From Eledone cirrhosa (lineage: Eukaryota): 64,000 nt of DNA. Below are positions 24,379 to 38,750 of the stretch, one piece after another (positions within the stretch are counted from its first letter, which is position 1; each line of letters opens with the position of its first letter). The stretch lies in assembly GCA_964016885.1 (NCBI GenBank), contig OZ024755.1:20026001-20090000 (forward strand), read 5' to 3'. Position numbers and translations under genes: made by a program. The notes below the pieces were generated by a model that saw only the letters and a program-made list of their open reading frames with translations, ran no database searches and was not told where the DNA came from.

Positions 24379-25655
24379 AAAAAAAACTAAAATAATATAT
24401 AAAACGGATATGTTCCCCATTTTTGCCAAACTATCAGCATTATTGTTGTGACAAGCTGTTCAACTATCTATCATCCAGGCGTGACCACTACGTCTTGTAT
24501 TCAAATATTGCATACATCAGATTAAAACATTGACTGTGCTCTTCTTTCTTTATAACATAGTAGGGACATTTGGCTTCTATTTCATGCAGAAACACCAATC
24601 TTGCAGAGCCTCCAAGGTTTTGTAACATTTTACAATTAGTAACAATAATTAGACTGGTCTGGTATGGTCATAACACCGAGACTCTTCTACTCACGACGTA
24701 GAATAGAGATCAGTGGCAACGACTGACAGTGAGTGTGTCTAGCGTGGCACCCCAACGACTGGCTTCAAAAGTGTCTTAAGTTCCACCCCGAACGTGAATA
24801 AGTAATAATTACTAAAATTCTACATTGTAATTTTTAATATCGTAGTTAAATTAAACGAAACAGAGGCTGGTGTTAGGGGCTTGTGGAATAAATGTTGGAG
24901 GTTATCCTTAGAGAGGAGAGAAGGTCGAGAAGGTCTGAATGCTTACAATAGAGTGGGGTTTCTCACGATTGTGTCAAGGAATGGTGTTAAGTCGAATAAT
25001 GCATTAATTCAAATGTGTTCCGCAATGTCTCTTTCTGCCAAATTTCACTAATAAGATTTTGTTTGAAACGAGACTATGACAGAAGATCATTGCTGAATGT
25101 GCGACCCAGTGGGACTGCACAACCTAGCTGTGACACGATGTCATTGACCTTTCAGCCATATATTCCTATATATATAGAATTAAGTTAATGAATATGATGT
25201 TCTATGAATTCCCACACATATCCCATTGAGAGTACTACATATTCGTCGTTACAGAGAGAAGGAATGCAATATTAAAGTTAGACAATGCATAAGCACTTGT
25301 ACACATACAATAATAAGTACATATACATAAACAGATTATATGTAAAGCTATATCTGTATATATATATATACACAGAATAGGTAACCGAGACTGTGCCAAT
25401 GTATATAAATATGCACAATGATAATATGTAGATATGTAAACATGCCACGTAAATTGAAATGATAAACAGGATTAATCGATATTTGAACCTAGTTGGGTCC
25501 TTATCAGAAGGCGTGTATATCATCTAAACAACCGCAAGGAAAAACACATTTAATTAGCTTATATAACCATTCGATCTGATTAATATTTTGAAATACATAT
25601 AATTAGTGCTCGTGTTGGTAGTTAATTAATATATATATATATATATATATATATA

Positions 25656-27300
25656 GAAAGATTTGAATGGATACAGTTTAGTTGAAAGGAATTTATTGAC
25701 ACGTGTTTCTATAACAGTTACATAACCTGAAAACAGCTGCTATCTACAAAGTTTTAGTTATGCAGACATTCAATATTTCAATGTTATTATTTACTGTCAT
25801 TTCATCAGAGAATATATATTACTACGTCTTAGAATATTACTAAGAGTGATAAAAACTAGCTTTTGCTGGAGTTTTGCTTTCTCAAGTATTGCTTCTTAAA
25901 AGTTAGCATTAAGATAGTCAATAATAATATTGCAGGATGAATACTTGTGCTTAGTTGTCTGATTAAAATATGCATACTTGAAGACATCATCATTGCTCAT
26001 ACATTTCAGTACGTCTGTCGTCAGTTCAGTTTTGTTCATAGAAGTTCCTTAACAGTTAGGTGAACCAATTGAACCTGCTGGCTGTGTGGAATAATCAATG
26101 TACAAGTGGACGCCTTTTTTAATATGAGATACAACAGTTAATTAATTCTCAAGACGTGTACGTTAGCTTTCTGGGCTTCTAAAAGCGAACACACATTAAT
26201 CAAAAGCCAAGCATTCGCCTAAGTTCTTTCCACTCTCACGAGAGACAAAGAAACTGTCATCGGTTGCTAATGCAACGTTATTAATATCAGAAATATCAGA
26301 ATCAAGTGAATTCATTTTAAACTCTATTATGCAAGAAAGCCTTCATATGTTTGATAAAAATCAATTTAGATAGATAATAAATTGCTTCAGAATTGTAAAT
26401 GTGCTGCTGAAGAAGTGCTAGAGTAAAATAGGACAATTTAACGTTACCGTTTCCATTATAAGTCTCAACAAAGGCATATAATCGGGTCGCTCCTGTTAAA
26501 TTGTCTAGAGCAATAAACTTCAAAGATTCACATACATAGAATTCACTTAATACTTTCTTCAAGGATATTAATTTTTCTGTCTGACATACCTATCTAGTTG
26601 TTAAACATTGTTGAATACAATTCGTACATAATAAAGTCTACAATATATTCTATTAGATACTTAAATGAAATTATTATCTCTCAACAGTAATTTACTAATT
26701 AATTATAGCGTTCTAATAGATGGAATTTAAAGTGGGACTCTAAAATGAATACTGTTTCTCTTAAATAATTTGTTATAAACCTGAAATCTAATCCGAACCG
26801 AAGCAACGATCATAATATCAATGAATACTAAATAGTAATAATAGATTATTGTAGAATATGGGAATCATCAAATGCTGTAAATCTTACTCGAAGTTTGTCT
26901 ATACAAATATTGACAGAATTTACTACTAGTGATACGTAACTTGTCAGAGATTCGTTTATTAAGAGGATATTATTAATAATTTTATGTAACGAAATATAAC
27001 AAAGATGTCCCTAACTATATGAAGATGTGGTAGGTTTTCTATGATATACATTATGTTAATTACATGAAGAGTGGGTTCAACGCGACCTTATGATGACGAT
27101 CAATACATTGTCTTCCATTATACGTTGAGACTCCTTAATAAGGTGAAGATATTGTTATGGATTAAGAGTTCGTTAATATGTGGTTTTCAAAGAAATTGAA
27201 CACAACATAACGTTTGATCTCCCGGAAATACCAATATATCGATATCAATGTCAAATGACAAAGTCAACAACATTCTGTCAAGCAGACCAGGCGCGGGTCG
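25656..27300 (-). mobile_element. Decayed Penelope-like element: N-terminal GIY-YIG, RT, terminal hammerhead
   Basis: Motifs in order on (-): NVVDFVI*H*YRYIGISGRS (27274-27215), SLLRFGLDF (26809-26783), TRLYAFVETY...YLSKLIFIK, GSIGSP (26075-26058), NDDVF (25994-25980), IDYLN...KLVF, then CTGATGA (25808-25802). (TA)n follows downstream. Confidence 0.7.
25693..25814 (-). ncRNA. Hammerhead ribozyme motif (decayed)
   Basis: CUGAUGA, stem II augacagu/acuguuau, GAA, palindromic ACACGUGU, then C. Helix I is imperfect and the 10.1-11.1 pair is A-A. Confidence 0.65.
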
Positions 27301-27326
27301 AGAGTAATTAGAAAAGACATAATATA

Positions 27327-27395
27327 CATAGACCGAGTGATTAAGGACTAGAAATCCATTGTCTCCCCGCATAGGTTCCAATCCTATCGGCGACG
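27327..27395 (+). pseudogene. tRNA-Ser(AGA) pseudogene
   Basis: gaccgagtgattaagg-actAGAaatccatt-gtctccccgcataggttccaatcctatcggcgacg aligns with metazoan tRNA-Ser(AGA) apart from two deletions and substitutions. Confidence 0.75.
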
Positions 27396-27485
27396 ATTTA
27401 ACATTTTCGACATTGTATGTATAATTATGTTTTAAGGGCGGTGCCCCAGCATGGCCTCAGCCGGATGGCTGGAGCAGGTACAAGA

Positions 27486-27522
<37 letters not shown>

Positions 27523-27531
27523 ATATATATA

Positions 27532-27637
27532 TGACGAAGGAAATGTGGTAAGGAACCAGATGGACGATAACGCACCAAAGTACTCAATACTTAGGGTAGT
27601 AGAGTGGGTAATAGGAATAAGTATGACCCCGACGGCA
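27532..27637. mobile_element. Family A single arm in (TA)n
   Basis: Near-identical to 3815-3917. Confidence 0.8.
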
Positions 27638-27857
27638 TATATATATATAATTGTTTCTACTTTAGGCACAAGGCCAGCAATTACCCAGTGTATTACTGGT
27701 ACTTTATTTTATCGACCCCGTAAGGATGAAAGGCAAAGTCAACCTCGGCGGGATTTGAATGGAGAGAGAGAGTTATACAACAATTTAGCAAACCATACTC
27801 GAAGAAGAGCGTTTCAGCTAGCAGATTTTCAACCCGTGAATGGTTGTTCTTAGAACC

Positions 27858-27901
<44 letters not shown>

Positions 27902-30900
27902 TATATGGATAAATTAACCTTGTTCTATCCTTGCTTCTTAATTATCGTTACTATTCGCTCTCTTTCCCTTTTGACATACGGCAATCTACCGTGGGAATCG
28001 AGCTAAATGAGGCGTGGTGGATTAGAAGAATCGTTAGGGCCTCGGACAAAAGGTTTTGCTTTCTTTGTTCTGTTCCTTACATTCTGAGTTCAAATTCTAC
28101 CGAGTCTACTTTACTTTTCATCTTTTAGGGATCGCTAAAATGTAGTACCAGTCATGCACTCGTGTTCATTTAATCAATTTTGCCTTTCCCATGAAACTAA
28201 ATTAATAGTTAGTATTTTATGTCATATATAAGCGCCGGTTCGTCCTTTACATCACGTCTACACAGAATTGATTCCCATAGAATATTAATTGAAAACATTT
28301 GGAATAGTAAATTAAGCGCATAACTACTAGATTGAAAGAAATGGTGTAAATTCGATCCATTCATTAATTTAAATCTGTTAAGGATCTTATAAGGATTTAT
28401 ACTAAGCTATGTCTTCTAAAGAATACTAACTAGATTTCGCTGTATCACGCTGGTTAAATAACCAATATTGACAGTTTGTAAACAATCGCCTCAATTCCCC
28501 TACACAATTGTTATTCATTTTAGTTGTCTGCTAAATAAAGGTTGTGTTGATGTAGATGGACGTTAAACATGTAAACATTGATTTATCAAAATAATTAAGA
28601 TATTGATTTAATATATTCAACTCGGAAGGTTTGCTCTCATTTACGTATTAGTTTTACCCTATAGTTCGCAGAATTGAATAATATATTAGGCTGACAGATA
28701 TATTGTGTAATAGGAGCTTTCTTTCAAAGAATTATATCGTCTGTATTCGGTGAATTGGAAACATACCGGAAAAAGCTACAGGAAATATTATTTAGAAAAC
28801 ATATTAAGCGTACTAAACTATCATTGAACAACCTACGTCATTCCCCTTTTATTAAAGTAAGCGAGTCTCTCGAGGGCATGAGTCTATCTCTTTTCTATAG
28901 TTAAACAAAATCACTTCAAGTTGATCAGATTAGTGGTTAACAGAGGAAGTCGATTCGAATATCTATTGTTGTAAGTCACAATATCAGAATAATAGATTTT
29001 GACCGAGCGTATAGAGCAGTTGTAAGCGAATTTTTGCGGAATGAGCATTAGGCACAGAGTACAAAAGATGGCGATGATTTGGCCTTTGTATAATCTCGTG
29101 CAGTTGGAATGAATATTGAAAGTTTTAAAGAATTGAGACTGGTATTAACAAGTGTAAGCCTATTCTGTATTATCGATGTAATCTATATAAGACATCAATA
29201 TTTTTCGAGCTACCCAGATGCAGTCTTGTTTGAGAAATAAGGCAGAATCTATATCGAAGTTCTTCAGTAAATGCGCTATGTTATACAACTGTGCGCTAAA
29301 ATAAGCCTCAGTTATTTTTCTTCACTACCTTTATTTTTATTTTTTATTTTTTTTATTTTATTAATTGGAAATTTTTATACTCTATTGTGGTTCTGTGTTA
29401 TTGGTTTCCTGTAGACAACATCAGTGTCTGAAGACTACCACCATGCTCCTATTCTAAAATGTCGTCAGCTTCGTGGTCGTATTGGCCTAGAGAACAGTAC
29501 TGGCCAAGAGAACAGCGAGGGAGATACGCTGGAACAAACAGCCACTCCACCCCGCGGGTCTAGCAACTGCGGTCACGAAAAATTGTTTTCAGTTTCATTC
29601 CCATATGTTAATTTATTGAAATAAGAACTTTTATGTTTATAAACAAATCTCGAGAGTATACTGATAATGAAAGCAAAGATGTGTTTACATACGAAACTAT
29701 TAGTATTACAACAGAAATAAAATGGTTTCCTTGGAGGATGGATATAACAACGGGGTTACTATAGCACTCACTTGAGTGGATTACCCAAATCGGTAGAGCG
29801 TTAGAAAAGGTGTATTTAGTCACGTCCCTTTATATTCTGATATATAATCTTGTCGAGTTCGACTTTTATAATTTCAAGATCGATAATCTAATCATTAATT
29901 ATCTATTTGGATTGATTAAACAATCAAACATTCCTCCTACACATCGGCTTATGTTAGTTGTCGATATTATTAGTGTTTATAGAAGAAACTTTGATATTAC
30001 TAAACTGATGAGTATTGGTAAACCTGGAAGAAGAAAGAAAGAAAGAAGAAAAAAGAAAAAGAAGAAAAAGTAGAAAAAGAAGAAAAAAGGAAAAGTGAAG
30101 GAAAAGAATATAGAGACGGGAGGAATGAGGAGGAGAATAAGGAAGAGGAGGAAAAGAAGAAGGAAGAGGAACTACTGCGTGACAGAGATTATATTTTGGT
30201 AGAAACCAATGTATAAATTGAAAACTATGCAATGTTCATGAAAATAAATTTCAAATAACCCATAAACGGTAACTTCTCTTCCTAGAAAGTATTCTAAATT
30301 TACAGTTGAGATGTATGATATAGTAAATGTATGTATTTTCTAATGGAAATTTTAACGATATTTACCTGGCCTTAGTTTATCTGAGGATGAAACCGACGAA
30401 TCCCAACGCAAACTCCATTAATTTCTGCTAGCATGTGTAGTGTGCATATTGATATTATACGCAAGTATATATGCATGTAGATATGATACATCAAATAAAA
30501 TCGTAATTGACAATATACATAGAAATTGAACGAAGACTGCGTTACACTGTCTTATGTAATCAGTAACATAATCCATGATGCATTAAAAAAAGACGATATT
30601 ATATATAAACTGCATTAGGAGAAAATTAGTGATGGAAATATATGAAAGTTTATTTAAGCGATCGCTAACCGGGAGTGTTGACATTTGAAAATTTTAAAGA
30701 AGAGAATCTTAAAATAAGCAACAATATTATTTATATTCAATCAAGAATAACGAAATTTATTAGATAAATTATGTAATATTAATTCATTATTTATTCAAAG
30801 TAATCCAACTTATTTTACAAACGGGATAAAAAAATATATTCTGGACGCAGTCCCTTCTTTATTATAGTCTAGATGTTATTCATTATATTTGCAGTATGTA

Positions 30901-33789
30901 TTACAGACGTTACGTTAAGAAAACTATCCGTAATTGAAGTAAATGAAAGGAACGTCGGTACGCAATTTCTTTCTTCCGAATTTGTTATTGTACTCAGTTG
31001 CATGCAATAATTCCAGAAAACCTATATCACCCAGCACACAGTATTAGTTCACTCGGCTATCAAACCATGCAGTTACTATTTTAAGTCGTTATTTCTGGCA
31101 ATACAGTATAGGAAGATTGTTATTTAAATTCAGCAATATATTTAACACAATCTAATGAATATGTTGGTTATAAAATTATCATTATAACTTAATTATTCAA
31201 TATATGCAGTTTAATCTCACCAGAGGCACACATATGTATAATAAAAAGAAATTTGAAAAGATACGAAAAAAAGCAAATTAACTCCGATAAATTATTTTAT
31301 ATCGAAGTTATGAAACCTTGTTGAAATGGGAAGCTTTTGAGTCTAATGCAATGTTTAACTTAAAAATGCAACATAATAGTTAACCTCTTTTGATGGAATA
31401 TAGAATAATTGTAATTAGTAATTTGTTTAACTCACTTGAAATCTTTCAGAAACGTATTTTGTTTTTTTTGACAGGGGAAGCTGAGACATAGGACTATTTA
31501 TACAATTTGTTTACTCCCTCTCGACTTGTATTAATGCGCTAATGTACAACTATAGTGACGTGTTACAACGTTTGTTTATAGACACCGAAATAATATTGAT
31601 TTGTTAAAGATAATTCAACTGATATCAACAAAGTATGAGTAATGGAGAAGGGTTAAATAGGGAGGAACTTATTAGTTAAATTAAAATTAAAATCATTTCT
31701 CGAGTGAATCTCATGATTTTATATAATATAATGAAAACAATATCAAGTTAAATAGGAAATATCGACAGCAAAGAAATGAGATTATGTGAAAATAATCCGT
31801 TTTATAGACACATTGATGATACATGTGAAATAAAATAAAGTATAATAATATATTTCTTGTGATAAAAATAATGTCGGATTCGGATAATACACAAATGTTC
31901 GTCAATCAACGAATAACTTTCCTTTGATACGTATTTCAAGAAAAGGTGCTTTCTCAAACAACTAATACACAACTCAACTTTTTGTATGTTCGTGTGCATT
32001 TCATAGAATTCTTTCAGAAAATATGTTATTCCAGGATTTTTACAGATTTTACAATATTCCCTTTAACTATGAAGGCTCGATGTAGAGAGGGGTCCCGACG
32101 GTCATAGGGGCTGAGTAGCTGACTAGTTTCCTATAAGTGTAAGTTATAAAACTTCAACAATTGCGTTAAACCTATATCGGTCAGTATTTGATTTGTGTCC
32201 CACCCAATAACCAGAATTCTCCAGAAAAATGAAAAAAATACTGAAATATGTTATGCTGCTGTCTGGTTCTTACAACGACATTATTTCATAGGTTAGCAGG
32301 TTTAATAAACACTTCGGATGATTTTACGAGTATTTACAGAGTCGAGTATAATGGCAATATTGTTGCAATAAGAGGACTGGTTGAGGATACCAGCTACTCG
32401 TGATGTCGGCCAATGGACCACCGGCTCTATGGGCCATACATGTGTTTGGGATTTTTCAAAAATAAATTTTACATGTGAACATAACTGAAATGAAATAAGC
32501 ATTCATTACATCTATAGAAGATTAAGAGCACCCTCCGAACATTCCCCCACCCACCTAACTTTCAATCAGAACGTGTTTGTATTGAAATGTCTCTTTCACT
32601 CTCTTTCTTTCTGTCTTCTCAATGAAAGAACGAAAACTATAAGGCGGAGGAGAGGGGGGGGGGGGGTATAATTCTATGCAGATTTCTTAGTGCTAAAATC
32701 AAACAAACGAAGAAAACCTTTTATAGCGCCGACATTTACCAAACACTAAAATATTTATTCCTTGTCCTGAACTCTGGGAAAAATAAAAAAAATGTAGTGT
32801 TGATTTGCTCAAGCCCAAATAAAAATGGACGAAATGTTAGAATAAATTCGAATACAAATTTATCTCACTACAAGTATTCAAGTGTAGTCGTGCGGTATCA
32901 CTTAATGGATATATTGTTATAAGAAAATTGAATACATTAAAGTTAATAATTATTTTGTTCAGCTGAAACTGGCCGTGTCGACATTAGCGTTCATCAAAGA
33001 AGTATCGATAAAGCAAGTATTAGTAACACAATATTATCAGATAAATCGATTTCAGCCTCTAGTCTCTAGAGACTAGCCTTGTAAACGAATATAATCGATG
33101 CTAGAAAGAAAATACAATGAAATACAGAAAATAAAAACGATACAAATATCATATAGTTTAGGTTATCTTATTGTTCCTTAAACTATTTAATGTTGAACTT
33201 TTATAATGTAGCTGTAAGAAAAAGCAACACTATAAAGGATAGCTTCAAGAGATGTGATTATCTACTCTTAAAACATCGCTGCTAATATGAACCTATTATA
33301 TAACAAGCATTGTCTGGGTGTATTAATACTTAAAATAAACACAATCACGGATATTCCCTATATTTTGTATGAATTACTTCTGTTAGCTTAGGAAAGTTAA
33401 TCTAATCAGAACTCTTGCATCAAAAACATCCAGAAAATAGTTCAAGTTAACTTCAAAAAATTTGTGAAAATCTTTTCTTCTCAGTATTTGATCCGGTATT
33501 GTTTAATTCAATTAAAGTATTTATAATAGTACAACTGTAAGTTAAGTGAGAGAACATTATTTCACATGTCACCACTATAAACGAAAAAAGTCAGTTCACC
33601 TGGTAGTCCCGGTGGATTGGATAGAGAAGACCATGTCGCGAAGGAAGGCTCGCATTTGCGGACAGCCAACACCGCACCTATTGCAGAGAGTAGAGAAGAC
33701 ATCCGTGGAACAAAACAAATGTTCTTACAGTTTTAAATTTTCTCGGAAAACAATTTTTCTTGTTCTTTTTTCTTAAATACAGTTGCCAT

Positions 33790-34270
33790 AAATGTTTCTA
33801 CTTTTGACACGAGGCCGGCAATTACACTAGTACATTATTGGCAGTATCGGTAGAGGGTCGGACGCCATGCTTTGACGTATAGAGTTACGGCCCCTGCCAT
33901 TCTGAGTTCAAATCCCGCCGAGGTTAACTTTGCCTTTCATCCTTACGGGGGGTTCGATAAAATAAAGTACCAGTAATGCACTGGGTAATTGCTGGCCTTG
34001 TGCCAAAAGTAGAAACAATTATTTCTGGCTACTGTAAGGGCGTGGATTGGCAGTATCGGTAGAGTGTCAGACACCATGCTTTGTAATAAATAATTGTTTC
34101 TATTTTAGGCACAAGGCCAGCAATTACCCAGTGCATTACTGGTACTTTATTTTATCGACCCCGTAAGGATGAAAGGCAAAGTCAACCTCGGCGGGATTTG
34201 AACTCAGATCGTAGAGGGACGTAACTATGCTGGAAAGCCTGGCGTCCGACCCTCTACCGATACTGCCAAT
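33790..34270. mobile_element. Cluster of family-1 SINE pieces in both orientations
   Basis: Inverted 3' stub, a + copy, a 5' stub, then a - copy. Confidence 0.85.
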
Positions 34271-34660
34271 AAATAATATTTTCCAAATTGTATTGCCGTA
34301 GTTTGGGACATACCATTCTTTTACTGTAGCTGTTTGGAGAATGAACTGTCCTATAAATATGGCGTGATATCTACTCCTTGACACTCTTTATCACTTCCTT
34401 ATACCATATATAAGGCTTTCTATTGTGTGAATTACGTAATATTCTCTCGACACATAATGCCTTGTGCAAGATGTACACCGTTAATACAAACATTTTACAC
34501 GGATTTTGAAAGAAAGAAAAAAATGAATTTGCGCTACATATTTTCCGTTATAATTTAGAAACGAATGACTCGTAAAAGTTCCAAGTATTTAAATATATAA
34601 TTCATAAACAAAACAACAACAATAAAACTATAAATATTTTACTATTTTAATAACTATATA

Positions 34661-34702
<42 letters not shown>

Positions 34703-35264
34703 ATATATATATATATTAATAGATCAGTTTATGATTTTATAATCTGTTTTATTTAAATATTTTAATACAGGGACATTTAATTCAAGCGTTCAAGCACCTG
34801 TGAAATCAACCTGTTTCATTCTTTTGGATTTGTTGTCTGCATCCTGGATAAACATCAGATCTCTGCATCTGAAAACAGAGAGATAATAAATCAGCATAGT
34901 TTTTGGCTTACATTTCGAAATTTTAGCAGAATCACTGAAGCAAGGGAACGGATCCAGCATACTACAAAGCCATGGAGGAAATGTCGAGATAATGAATTAT
35001 ATAGCCACTGATAAGAATATTTTGAAAATATTTCGTTTTTTTTAAAAATCTTATGTAATGCTCTCGCTATCTGCCAATATGATAATATATTGAGTTTATT
35101 TATATTATGTACTATATTAGCATTAGCACTAACATTTGGTCAATAAACTATTTCTTATAAATTTCATACTGAAACTAGTTTGGGCAAATATTTATTAAGA
35201 GTTGAACAAGACTAAATTTTAGAGTATCTCCGAAACTTTATTTTGGTATTTTGTTACACACACA

Positions 35265-35315
<51 letters not shown>

Positions 35316-35371
35316 TATATATTTATCCGTATGTGGTTGACGGATGAAAGGAAAGTACTTAACAGAGCCAT

Positions 35372-35522
35372 TTATTATGGCTAAATAAAGATTTTTGTTA
35401 CTCTGTAGTTTCTCTGAGCAGTCACACCGTCCTCAAACAAGAACTATTGATTCTTCTCTGAGGACCGTTTCTGCACAGGTGAAACTCCAGAGTTACGAAA
35501 ACTATCTATTTAACCTTAATAT
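35372..35522. mobile_element. Old inverted pair of hammerhead-bearing repeats
   Basis: Diverged arms 35372-35443 / 35451-35522, each with (C/T)TGAGGA...GAAACT(C/A)CAGAGT. Confidence 0.6.
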
Positions 35523-35530
35523 ATGTAAGA

Positions 35531-35569
<39 letters not shown>

Positions 35570-35859
35570 TGGGATAAAGAGAGAGAAAGAGAGTTGGTGC
35601 TTAATTTATAGTAATCAGAAGGAAGACTATTGTTGTAGATCTAACTACCAGTATTTCATTGTTTTACCATCTGATTTACGTCATCAGGTTGGTGTGCAAT
35701 TTTTGTTTGGGCTTAGATTATGCTGCACATGTCTTTCATGTAGCATTGTGTTGCTACATGTGTTTGTTAAAATAATACAAAACTAAACCCAAAGATGTGT
35801 TGCAATATTCACAAACAAACAACCGACCGATGACGCAAAATTCGAACGGCAATATGTAT

Positions 35860-36047
35860 TAATTGTTTCTACTTTTGGCACAACGCCAGCAATTACCCAG
35901 TGCATTACTGGTACATTATTTTATCGACCCCGTAAGGATGAAAGGCAAAGTTAACCTCGGTGGGATTTGAAGTCAGAATGGCAAGGGCCGTAACTGTATG
36001 CGTCAAAGCATGGCGTCCGCCCCTCTACCGACACTGCCAACCCACCG
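35860..36047 (-). mobile_element. SINE family 1
   Basis: Full consensus match. Confidence 0.9.
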
Positions 36048-36339
36048 TATTAATACATGTTACCGAACGGTAACATGTATTAATACTGTTGGTTATGTGT
36101 ACAACAATAGGGTCAATTCTGCTTACTATAATAGAGACATCAATGCATGACAGGATTTAATCCAGAAGATGGGACGGAAGTGATCCAGAAGATGGGACGG
36201 AAGTGATCCAGAACCATTGGTGTTTAATTTGGAAGTGTGATTATTTCGAACAAACTACGGGGAACTCGTAAGAATGTATAGAAATCACTCGATAATACAA
36301 TACAATAATACACACGCTCACATACATAAATACATGCAT

Positions 36340-37370
<1,031 letters not shown>

Positions 37371-37415
37371 ACAATACACACTAAAGCGTAGAGATTATAC
37401 ATCGAGCTATACCTG

Positions 37416-37449
<34 letters not shown>

Positions 37450-38539
37450 GTGTGTGTGTGTGTGGATGTCCTTTCCTCTCCACGAAATATCAATCATAAG
37501 ATTTTCCTTTGAAACTAGATTACTGAATTAACACCAAATGTACAAACACAGTATGCTCTAACACAAAAATTTGTCTCCAAAGTTAACGTGTTAACCATAC
37601 CCAATTTATTGCCATCAGCTATGCTTCGCAGGATAATCTCCATGCTTTATTTACTGTAATGCATTTTAGACGTATTATTCTCTCTCAACAAAGTTATTTA
37701 GTGTTTCGGGCTTATGATTTACGTATTTAATTTTTATTTTTATTTTGGATTTATCATAAGTTCCTTCTGTGAAATATATCATTATTCCTTTATGAAATTA
37801 TTTCAAAATATCGGTTATTCTTTACAGTTAGCTAAATAATCCTTTCAATATAAATACAAATTAAAAATTCGTTTGTCTAAAAACATCTTAATTATTAACT
37901 GACAGAAGCATATATTAAATAATAATTTCAAATAATTATGTGTGACGGTTTTAAATATTATTTAAACATTAGCTAATAGTTAGTTATTTGACGATTCAAA
38001 AATAAAATAACGAATATCTTATATGTATTAATTATTTCGTTTAGAAACTTTTGTATTTATATTGAAGTATTTCGCACGTATGATAAAAGAGGGCTAAAAA
38101 GGTCACGAAATGAAATCGAAAGCAGCTTGAGAACTCGACACCACTGAATATTTCAGCACTACGATACTTGATTTTCAATTATATAGGAATTCCAATGAAT
38201 ATTTAAATACAAATCATATGATTAAAAAATAAGACTGCAACTATTACTGCTAAGGTAATATTAGACTATGTGGAGAACGTTATATATCTAAACACAATCT
38301 TCAGAAAAGTACATTTCATCAAGGATAATTAAGATTGTGGAGTTTTCCTAACACATGAGTCAGGAGGTTTGGGCAATAGAAATTTAGAACTGCGATGGGG
38401 AACTATAATATTATAGCAACGTGAAATCTGTTTTAATATATACGAATATTATGAGTACATTCTACATTAGATGACTGAGGAAATCTGCCGTATTTTCTGA
38501 CATTCAGATCATCAACTGTAGAGCTGTAACGTAAAACTC

Positions 38540-38750
38540 GAAATATAACACCGGTGACTGAGGTGACCAGGGTGGGAACTCTAACAACAAATAAGGACAG
38601 GGTACTAGATGCAGCATTAAATGGACATAATTTAGTAAGGGCAAGTCAGGCCGGCCAAAGAAACTGTGGCAGAGAACAGCTGAAAGTGAGCTGAAATAAA
38701 CAAATCTCAGAAACAAGGCGGAGAGTGTTGCTAGAGTCCGGTCTGAATAG
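38540..38750 (+). mobile_element. Decayed RTE LINE 3' fragment
   Basis: GRPKKLWQRTAESELK...AESVARVRSE. Confidence 0.55.

Noticed and set aside
25468-25515. Hammerhead-like CTGATAA-ggacc...ggttc-aaat-atcgat on the minus strand
   Set aside because: Both core segments are mutated and helix I is absent; too degenerate to call.
28400-29310. Coding-like stretch: a + frame broken only by TAA/TAG, and a - frame faintly like an APE endonuclease (LLKNFDIDSALF)
   Set aside because: No convincing ordered motifs. Probably a very old LINE remnant, and not evidence for an alternative genetic code.
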